DNA from: Clostridia bacterium
GTDB taxonomy: Bacteria; Bacillota; Clostridia; Oscillospirales; RGIG5299
DNA: 64,000 nt
Reading direction: 5' to 3'
Assembly: GCA_017504945.1 (NCBI GenBank)
Contig: JAFVQJ010000014.1
Location: 6,373-70,372 of the forward strand
Below the pieces are notes generated by a model that was not told the DNA's origin, did not search any database, and was given only the letters and a program-made list of their open reading frames with translations. The position numbers and the translations under genes were made by a program. This document shows, piece after piece, positions 25,366-32,269 of this stretch. The number at the start of each line of letters is the position of its first letter. Within the stretch, counting starts at the first letter, position 1.

Positions 25366-26490
25366 ATGGTTGAATTCGACGAACTCAGACTAACACTCGT
25401 TAATATGAAGGAAGAGCTTTCAATGCTCGGCACCGCCATCGGCATAGACAAGGTCAAGGCGGAGATAGAGCGTCTTGAAAAGCAAACTGCCGACGAATCC
25501 TTCTGGCAGAATATGGAGGAGGGTCAAAAGACGCTAAAGCTCCTCAAGAATATGAAGGATAAGCTTTTGGAATACGAAAATCTTTGCAAGATGTACGACG
25601 ACGCCTTTGCCTTCGTTGAGCTTTGCATAGAGTTTGACGACGAGGGCGAGCTTCCCGCCGTCAAGAAGGCTGTTGAGGATTTTGAGAAGGAATACGAAAA
25701 GCAAAAGCTTTCAACTCTTCTTTCGGGCGAATACGATAACAGCAACGCCATCATCACCTTCCACGCGGGTGCGGGCGGCACCGAGGCGCAGGACTGGGCG
25801 GAGATGCTTTACAGAATGTATACCCGCTTTGCAGAGAGAAGCGGCTTTGATTACAAGATACTTGACTACACCGACGGCGACGAGGCGGGAATAAAGAGCG
25901 CGAGCATACTCATCGAGGGTCAGAACGCCTACGGCTTTTTGAAGAGCGAGGCGGGAATTCACCGTCTTGTCCGCGTTTCTCCCTTCGATTCCTCGGGAAG
26001 AAGACACACCTCCTTTGCATCGGTTGACGTTATGCCCGAGATCGACGACTCGGTTGAGGTAGACATAAAGCCCGACGATATAAAGGTGGATACCTACCGC
26101 TCGAGCGGTGCGGGCGGTCAGAAGGTCAACAAGACCGACTCCGCCGTAAGAATTACCCATATTCCCACGGGAATAGTCTGCGCCTGTCAGGTTGAGCGAA
26201 GCCAGCATCAGAACCGCGAGGTCGCAATGAGAATGCTGCGCTCAAAGCTCATCGAGATAAAGGAAAGAGAGCATCTTGAAAAGATAGAGGATATAAGAGG
26301 CACCCACAAGGATATTGCCTGGGGCAGCCAGATACGCTCCTACGTCTTTATGCCCTACACTCTTGCAAAGGACCACAGAACAGATTTTGAAATGGGCAAC
26401 ATCAACGCCGTTATGGACGGCGAGATAGACGGCTTTATAAACGCCTATCTCCAGATGGAAAACCATAAGAAAATAGGCAAGGCGGAATAA
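25366..26490 (+). CDS. prfB: Peptide chain release factor 2 (single frame, no programmed frameshift)
   Basis: SPF and GGQ motifs. ATG 25366 lies 5 nt after GGAGA. The ORF is uninterrupted through the usual frameshift region. Confidence 0.9.
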   Translation: MVEFDELRLTLVNMKEELSMLGTAIGIDKVKAEIERLEKQTADESFWQNMEEGQKTLKLLKNMKDKLLEYENLCKMYDDAFAFVELCIEFDDEGELPAVKKAVEDFEKEYEKQKLSTLLSGEYDNSNAIITFHAGAGGTEAQDWAEMLYRMYTRFAERSGFDYKILDYTDGDEAGIKSASILIEGQNAYGFLKSEAGIHRLVRVSPFDSSGRRHTSFASVDVMPEIDDSVEVDIKPDDIKVDTYRSSGAGGQKVNKTDSAVRITHIPTGIVCACQVERSQHQNREVAMRMLRSKLIEIKEREHLEKIEDIRGTHKDIAWGSQIRSYVFMPYTLAKDHRTDFEMGNINAVMDGEIDGFINAYLQMENHKKIGKAE

Positions 26491-27374
26491 TGGAACTTCA
26501 AACAAGACTTCTTGAAAAGCTTCTCAATGCGGTAAAGGGCGCCTTTTCGGGCACCTCGTTGCCGTTTATGAGAAAGGGTCAGGAGCGTCTTGGCGCTTTG
26601 GGAGTCCGCTCCCTTGGCGACAGCGTTTTCTTTACTTCGGAAAAATTTGAAAATTTCGAGGCGGCGTTTGCCTGCCCTATTGATGCAAAAAGCGATATCG
26701 CGGTGCTTTACCTTCACGGCGGCGCCTACGTTTCGGGCGGCATAAGCTATGCAAAAAGCTTCGGCGGCGCTCTTGCGGCGTTGCTTTTTGCACCCGTTTT
26801 GTGCGTAAACTACCGAAAGGCTCCCGAGCATCCATACCCCGCCGCCCTTGAGGACGCCTTCGCGGCGTATCTCCGATTAAGAGAAGCATACCCGAATAAG
26901 AGAATTGCCGTTATAGGCGAGTCTGCCGGCGGCGGACTTTCCCTTGCGCTCGGTCTTAAAATAAAGGAGCAAAAGGGAATAATGCCCGACCTTTTTGCAG
27001 TTATCTCGCCGTGGAGCGACCTTTCCTTTTCGGGCGTTTCCTATATGACAAACACCAAGACAGATCCCACCTTAAACGAGGAGAGCCTTAAGCACTTTGC
27101 AAGCCTCTATATCGCGAATGACGACCCGAAAAATCCATTTATCTCCCCGATATACGGCGATTTCAGCGGCTTTCCGCCCGTTCTTATCATTGCGGGCACC
27201 GAGGAGCTTTTGCACTCCGACAGCCTGCTTACCGCATCGGCGCTCATTAAGAGCGGCGTAAAGCACGAGCTTTATCTCGAGAAGGGAATGTGGCACGTTT
27301 ATCCCCTTTATCCCACTCCCGAGGCAGAGCGCGCAAAAGAAAAGATTAAGGAATTTGTATTTAATGAAGGATAA
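26490..27374 (+). CDS. Alpha/beta hydrolase, family IV (HSL-like) esterase
   Basis: HGGAY oxyanion motif and GESAGG nucleophile elbow. The start overlaps the prfB stop (TAATG). Confidence 0.75.
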   Translation: MELQTRLLEKLLNAVKGAFSGTSLPFMRKGQERLGALGVRSLGDSVFFTSEKFENFEAAFACPIDAKSDIAVLYLHGGAYVSGGISYAKSFGGALAALLFAPVLCVNYRKAPEHPYPAALEDAFAAYLRLREAYPNKRIAVIGESAGGGLSLALGLKIKEQKGIMPDLFAVISPWSDLSFSGVSYMTNTKTDPTLNEESLKHFASLYIANDDPKNPFISPIYGDFSGFPPVLIIAGTEELLHSDSLLTASALIKSGVKHELYLEKGMWHVYPLYPTPEAERAKEKIKEFVFNEG

Positions 27375-28647
27375 CCGACAGTCTAAAAACTGGATGAAGC
27401 TCGATAACGCGGCAAAGATATATCCTGCCTCACGCTCGGGGGGCTGGATGGCCACCTTTCGCCTTTCTGCGTCGCTTACCGAGGAGATAGACCCCGTTAT
27501 TCTCGCGGCGGCAGAGGAGAGAACGGCAAGGAGATTTCCCTCCTTTTGTCTGCGACTTCGCCGCGGTTTCTTTTGGTATTATCTTGAAACGATAGACACT
27601 CCGCCCATACCGGAAAAGGACGTTAAAAACCCCTGTGCAAACTTCGATTTTGAAAAAACGGGCGGATATTGCTTTCGCGTCCGCTACCACGAAAACCGAA
27701 TAGCGCTCGAGTTTTTCCACGTTATAACCGACGGCACGGGAGGTCTTGTATTTTTAAAAACGCTCGTTGCAGAATATCTCGAGCTTAAATACGGCGTTAA
27801 GATACCGCGCGGCGACGAAATACTCGATTGCAACGAGGCTCCGCGTCCCGAGGAGCTTGAGGACTGCTATCTTAAGCACGCCCGCAAGGTAAGACTCAAG
27901 AGAAGGGACGAAAGCTCTTATCGCCAAAAGGGCGAAAAAGAGGAAAAGGGAATAATAAACGTCGTTACCGCCATTACCGAAACGGAAGGGCTTCTCAAAA
28001 AGGCAAAGAGCTGCGGAGCAACCGTTACCGAGTATTTAACGGCGCATCTTATTGCGGCTTACCGCACCGTTCAGCTCACCGAGAAAAAGAAGAGCGAGCG
28101 CATAAAGCCGATAAAGATATGCATTCCCGTAAATTTAAGAAGGTTTTACGGCGCAAAGACTCTTCGCAACTTTGCCGAATTCGTAAACGTGGGCATTGAC
28201 TGCCGTCTCGGCGAATATGAATTTAACGAGATAATAAAGACCGTCCATCATCAGATGGGGCTTTATATTAACGAAAAATATTTAAACAGCAAAATTTCGG
28301 CAAACGTCGGCGACGAGAGAAACGCCCTCGTGAGAGTGGTGCCGCTCTTTATAAAGGATATGGTCCTGAAGATCGCCTTCAAGAAGAACGGCGACAGAAC
28401 GTCGGCAACGACGCTCTCAAATCTCGGAAGGATAGTCTTGCCCGACGAGATGTCGCGCTATATTACCCGATTTGACTTTATGCTCGGTGCCCTTTCGAAA
28501 AATCCGTCGGCATTTGCAACGGTGAGCTACGGAGAAAGCACCGTGATAAATATGGTCCGCTCGATAGTCGAGGCGGACGTTGAAAGAGAATTCTGCCGCC
28601 GTCTTGTTAAGGACGGAATTCACATCAAGGTAGAAAGCAACAGATAG
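27364..28647 (+). CDS. Condensation-domain-like acyltransferase (HxxxDG motif; AATase/WS-DGAT/PapA5-like)
   Basis: HVITDGTGG catalytic motif at about residue 120. ATG 27364 is preferred on RBS spacing. Overlaps the esterase 3' end. Confidence 0.6.
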   Translation: MKDNRQSKNWMKLDNAAKIYPASRSGGWMATFRLSASLTEEIDPVILAAAEERTARRFPSFCLRLRRGFFWYYLETIDTPPIPEKDVKNPCANFDFEKTGGYCFRVRYHENRIALEFFHVITDGTGGLVFLKTLVAEYLELKYGVKIPRGDEILDCNEAPRPEELEDCYLKHARKVRLKRRDESSYRQKGEKEEKGIINVVTAITETEGLLKKAKSCGATVTEYLTAHLIAAYRTVQLTEKKKSERIKPIKICIPVNLRRFYGAKTLRNFAEFVNVGIDCRLGEYEFNEIIKTVHHQMGLYINEKYLNSKISANVGDERNALVRVVPLFIKDMVLKIAFKKNGDRTSATTLSNLGRIVLPDEMSRYITRFDFMLGALSKNPSAFATVSYGESTVINMVRSIVEADVEREFCRRLVKDGIHIKVESNR

Positions 28648-28657
28648 AGGTGAGGAA

Positions 28658-29365
28658 ATGAGCTATTGCGTAAACTGCGGAGTTGAGCTTGCAAACACCG
28701 AAAAAAGCTGTCCGCTTTGCAACACTCCCGTAATAAATCCCGTTTCTCCGTGGAAGGAGCCCGAAAAAAAGCCCTATCCCGAGAGGATAGACAACATAAT
28801 GAAAAAGATAGACTTCAAGTTCGGCGTGCGCCTTGCATCTCTTTTGCTTATTCTCCCCGCCGCCGTTACCGTTTTGTGTAATATTGCGGTAAACCGTAAG
28901 CTTGATTGGTCGCTTTACGTCGTCGGAGCGCTTGCCTGCCTATTCGTCTACGTTCTGCTTCCGCTTCTTTTTAAAAGACACCGCCCCTATCTCTTCGTGG
29001 TTATGAACACGGTGGCGACCTCCGTTTACGTTGCTATGATAGCGTGGTTAAACGGCGGCTTTAATTGGTATTTCGAGCTTGCGGCGCCTGTTATCTGCAT
29101 CACCTTTGCCGCCGCGATGATACTCACCTTCGTCTACGGTAAAAAGAATGTGGCGCCTCTTCACAAGGTTGCAACGACCTCGCTTGTTATCGGAGCCGTT
29201 GCGGTGGCTGTGGAAACGGCAGTCGACCTCTTCGTTTTCGAAAAGGTGCTTTTTCACTGGTCGCTTTACGTTATGATAGTCTGTGCCGTATTTGCTGCCG
29301 CCTTTGCTCTTTTGCAAAGCAAAAGACAGTGGAAGGAAGAAATAAGAAAAAGGCTTTTTTATTAA
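28658..29365 (+). CDS. Zinc-ribbon polytopic membrane protein, unknown function
   Basis: N-terminal CVNCG...CPLC zinc ribbon followed by ~5 hydrophobic helices. Confidence 0.6.
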   Translation: MSYCVNCGVELANTEKSCPLCNTPVINPVSPWKEPEKKPYPERIDNIMKKIDFKFGVRLASLLLILPAAVTVLCNIAVNRKLDWSLYVVGALACLFVYVLLPLLFKRHRPYLFVVMNTVATSVYVAMIAWLNGGFNWYFELAAPVICITFAAAMILTFVYGKKNVAPLHKVATTSLVIGAVAVAVETAVDLFVFEKVLFHWSLYVMIVCAVFAAAFALLQSKRQWKEEIRKRLFY

Positions 29366-29390
29366 AATATGCAAAATAAAATCCACCCTC

Positions 29391-29418
29391 TGCGTACCTG
29401 CCATAGAGCAGGTACGCA
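29391..29418 (+). other. 11-bp perfect hairpin at the operon 3' end (no T-tract)
   Basis: TGCGTACCTGC-CATAGA-GCAGGTACGCA. Confidence 0.6.
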
Positions 29419-29622
29419 ACGAAATTTGCCCTTTCGGGCAAGTGAAATCGCTTTGCGGTGAAATATTTGCTCCGCAAATGTGAAATGTCCGCTTGCGCGG
29501 ACGTGGGCAAATTTCATTTCACATCGAGCAAGGCGAGATATTTCACAATGTGCGGTAGCACATTATTTCACGTTTTGCGGAAGCAAAACATTTCACTATA
29601 TGCATTTGTGTCTTCAAATGCA
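29419..29622. repeat. Linker/hairpin array 2
   Basis: GTGAAAT at 29442, 29458 and 29480 (plus CGAAAT at 29420), then the reverse complement ATTTCAC at 29516, 29540, 29565 and 29590 (spacing 24/25/25). Hairpins: 29426-29441 (loop TTTC), 29465-29479, 29487-29502 (TTGC), 29547-29564 (GGTA), 29572-29589 (GGAA) and 29601-29622. Confidence 0.8.
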
Positions 29623-29697
29623 GTGCTTCGTATGTATTAACTAAAGGCTACAACAAAATTATTATCTGTTGACTAAACAAAAAAGTTAACACAAAAT

Positions 29698-29728
29698 GAG
29701 CCTTCTCCCACAGGAGAAGGCTTTTTTA
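29698..29728 (+). terminator. Intrinsic terminator (+ strand)
   Basis: GAGCCTTCTCC-CACA-GGAGAAGGCT followed by T6. Confidence 0.7.
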
Positions 29729-29792
29729 CATTCCGCGCTACATATAAAGAGGACAGAGAACGCAAAGCATCCTCTGTCCTCCTGTCGGTCGG

Positions 29793-29833
29793 TATAAAAA
29801 GGCACTTATGGCGGTTTTGTCATAAGTGCCTTT
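29793..29833 (-). terminator. Intrinsic terminator of the Cys-rich small ORF
   Basis: AAAGGCACTTATG/CATAAGTGCCTTT 13-bp stem followed by TTTTTA on the minus strand. Confidence 0.65.
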
Positions 29834-29845
29834 GCGTTGCTTTTG

Positions 29846-30049
29846 TCATAGTAAGGACTGGGGGATTTCTGTTTTGTTAATTGTTTTGCTTTTTGAATCA
29901 AATTCGGGGAAACAAAGCAAAAAGTAGTCGCATTCGTCGCAACAGCATTCAAATCCTTGCTCTCCGTTGCCAAGACAAACGGCAGGCTCTCCGGGCGTAA
30001 GTTCTACTCCGGTAATGTCTATGATCTTTTCTTGCATATTCTTGTTCAT
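29846..30049 (-). CDS. Small cysteine-rich protein (six Cys including a CCC-x2-C cluster), unknown function
   Basis: 67 aa. GGGGGG RBS 5 nt upstream. Own promoter, leader and terminator. Confidence 0.55.
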   Translation of the reverse strand: MNKNMQEKIIDITGVELTPGEPAVCLGNGEQGFECCCDECDYFLLCFPEFDSKSKTINKTEIPQSLL

Positions 30050-30070
30050 AGATTCCCCCCATCAGCATAT

Positions 30071-30229
30071 AAAAAAGTGCGCCCCAAAAGGGACGCACCG
30101 AAAAAATGCTTCCCCTTAGTTTGTTGTCACACAAATGCTCTCCCAACGAAGGTATGAGGAAAAGGAGAAAACACTTTTTACCAAAAGTATTTTCCCTTCG
30201 TTGGTTAGAATATATGCAATTTGTGTGAC
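30071..30229 (-). promoter_or_regulatory. Structured 5' leader: 104-nt rod hairpin plus intrinsic terminator (candidate riboswitch/attenuator or sRNA)
   Basis: P1 30126-30136/30219-30229 (11 bp), P2 30143-30152/30195-30204 (10 bp), P3 30167-30178/30183-30194. P3 contains a G-U pair on the minus-strand RNA that would be a C-A mismatch on plus. Terminator GGTGCGTCCC-TTTT-GGGGCGCAC followed by T6 at 30099-30071. Confidence 0.55.
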
Positions 30230-30235
30230 GAGTAT

Positions 30236-30264
30236 ATTTTACCACATCTCTGTCGGTTTGTCAA
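30236..30264 (-). promoter_or_regulatory. Consensus sigma-A promoter driving the leader
   Basis: On the minus strand: TTGACA (30264-30259), 17 nt, TGgTAAAAT extended -10 (30241-30236). The predicted TSS falls at the base of P1. Confidence 0.6.
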
Positions 30265-30322
30265 TAAAGCTTGAGGATTTGACAAAACTTTGGTGTCTTT
30301 AATTAAATCAGTGCTTGTCAAG

Positions 30323-30356
30323 AAAAAAAGACGAGGAATTTTTGCAATTCTTCGTC
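30323..30356 (-). terminator. Intrinsic terminator of the marR-ABC operon
   Basis: GACGAAGAATT/AATTCCTCGTC stem (one mismatch) followed by T7 on the minus strand. Confidence 0.6.
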
Positions 30357-30433
30357 CTTTTCCTGTTGGTAGGTATTTTGATTTTTATACTGCTCTATCG
30401 CAGATCCCCCTCGGGGGTGGATTTATTTTTTGT

Positions 30434-32269
30434 TTAGGTTTCGATTCCGGCGAACTGATCCATATAGAGCTTGCGGTAGTAGCCGCCCTTCTGAAGAAGC
30501 TCCTCGTGGTTGCCCGATTCGCATATCCTGCCGCCGTCGAGGACGATTATCTTGTCAACGTCGCGTATCGTCGAAAGACGGTGAGCTATAATGAGGCTCG
30601 TTCTGTCCTTCATAAGATTAAGCATAGCCTCCTGTATGTGAAGCTCGGTGGTGGTATCGACGGAGCTTGTCGCCTCGTCGAGAATGAGTATCTTGGGGTC
30701 GGCGATTATCGCTCTCGCGATGGAGAGGAGCTGACGCTGTCCCGCAGAGAGATTTGCGCCCGACTCGGAGAGAACGGTGTCGTAGCCGTCGGGCAGCTTG
30801 CTTATAAAGCTGTGGGCGTTTGCAAGACGTGCGGCGGCGATTATCTCCTCGTCGGTGGCGTCCTCTCTGCCGTATTTTATGTTGTTTTTAACGGTGTCGG
30901 AGAAAAGGACGGTGTCCTGCAAAACTATTGCAATGTTTTTGCGAAGCTCCGCCTTGGGAAAATCAAATAAATCGGTGCCGTCGACGGTTATCGAGCCGCC
31001 CTGAATATCGTAAAAGCGGGTGAGCAGATTTACAACGGTGGTCTTTCCGGCGCCCGTTTTACCCACTATCGCAATGCGATTGCCTTTGTTTACGTGAATA
31101 TCGAAATCGTTAAGCACCGGCTCGCCCTCCTTGTAGGCAAAAGCCACGTGTGAAAAGTCAAGCTCGCCGTCTACCTTGGCGTCGCTCTTTCCCTCGTCGG
31201 CTTCAAGGGGTGAGTCCATAACGGCGAAGATACGCTCCGCGCCCGCAATAGCTGTCTGAATGGTTGCCCACTGGTTTCCAAGCTCGTTTATCGGGCGGGT
31301 AAACTGCTTCGAATAGAGTAAAAACGACTGTATAACGCTAAGCGGCATACCCGATGAAACTGAGAAAAATCCGCCTGCCGCCGCAATGAGAATATAGTTT
31401 AAGTTTCCGAGGGTATTCATTATCGGACCCATCATACCGCCGAGGAGCTGTGCCGTTACGGCGGTGTTTTTGAGATTGTCGGCGCTTAAGTCAAAATCGG
31501 CTATCTCGCTGTCCTCAAGCGAATAGGCGGCAACGGTGCGGTATTCGGTAATTGCCTCCTCGCTTATGCCGTTTAATTCTCCGTTTAACGCCTGCTGACG
31601 CTTGAAGTATTTCCTCATGACCTTGCCCATAAGAAGAGTTGCCATAAAGGAGAGGGGAACGGTTATAAAGGAGATGAGTGTCATCTGCCAATTGAGAATA
31701 AACATTACCGTAAGCACGCCCGTTATCGTAAGCACGCCCGAAACGACGACGGTAAGCGACATCGAAATGGTGTTTGAAACGGTCTCAACATCGTTGGTCA
31801 TACGGCTCATTATGTCGCCGTGACGGTGGGTATCGAAGAATTTTACGGGGAGCCTTGCAAGGTGATTGAAAAGGTCCCTTCTCATATCGCGGACGGTGTT
31901 TCTTGCAAGACGGACGGCGATAAGCCCCTGAATAAAGGTAAAGAGTGAGTTTACGATATAGGCCGCCGCCAGAAGTCCCACGTAGATAAAGAGCTTGTTG
32001 AAATCAACTCTTTCGCCCTCCAGAATGTCGAGCACGTCGACAGAGATGCCCTGAAAATAGGGGGCGGCAAGACCTGCAAGAGAAATGAAAACAACCGAAA
32101 CGAAGAGCCCCAAAAGGAGATATTTGCTTTTTCCGATGTATTTTATAAGACGGGAAACGGTGCCCTTGGCGTCCTTCGGCTTTTCAAAGGGCATTCCGTG
32201 GCGCATAGGACCGCCGCCTCTGCCGGGCGGATGCATCTGAACGCCCTGCGGTTTTCTGTTATCTGCCAT
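30434..32269 (-). CDS. ABC exporter, fused permease/ATPase (MdlB/MsbA-like)
   Basis: Start set at MADNRKP (32269), overlapping the upstream stop. Walker A GKTGAGKTT, signature LSAGQRQ, Walker B ILILDEA. Confidence 0.85.
   Translation of the reverse strand: MADNRKPQGVQMHPPGRGGGPMRHGMPFEKPKDAKGTVSRLIKYIGKSKYLLLGLFVSVVFISLAGLAAPYFQGISVDVLDILEGERVDFNKLFIYVGLLAAAYIVNSLFTFIQGLIAVRLARNTVRDMRRDLFNHLARLPVKFFDTHRHGDIMSRMTNDVETVSNTISMSLTVVVSGVLTITGVLTVMFILNWQMTLISFITVPLSFMATLLMGKVMRKYFKRQQALNGELNGISEEAITEYRTVAAYSLEDSEIADFDLSADNLKNTAVTAQLLGGMMGPIMNTLGNLNYILIAAAGGFFSVSSGMPLSVIQSFLLYSKQFTRPINELGNQWATIQTAIAGAERIFAVMDSPLEADEGKSDAKVDGELDFSHVAFAYKEGEPVLNDFDIHVNKGNRIAIVGKTGAGKTTVVNLLTRFYDIQGGSITVDGTDLFDFPKAELRKNIAIVLQDTVLFSDTVKNNIKYGREDATDEEIIAAARLANAHSFISKLPDGYDTVLSESGANLSAGQRQLLSIARAIIADPKILILDEATSSVDTTTELHIQEAMLNLMKDRTSLIIAHRLSTIRDVDKIIVLDGGRICESGNHEELLQKGGYYRKLYMDQFAGIET

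Noticed and set aside
25366-25460. Programmed +1 frameshift in prfB.
   Set aside because: The RF2 reading frame is continuous from ATG 25366, with no in-frame UGA and no SD-CUU-UGA motif in the first ~30 codons. This prfB belongs to the minority that lack the frameshift.
1-29622. CRISPR interpretation of the two linker/hairpin arrays.
   Set aside because: The repeats are only 7-9 nt and the intervening 'spacers' are ~16-nt self-complementary hairpins. The polarity flips mid-array. No cas genes and no leader are present. This does not meet CRISPR criteria.
30071-30229. T-box or another known riboswitch class for the leader.
   Set aside because: I saw no T-box core (..GGUGGUACCGCG..), specifier-loop or K-turn layout, nor the conserved cores of the classes I can recall. 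It is kept as an unclassified candidate, and a cmscan is still required.
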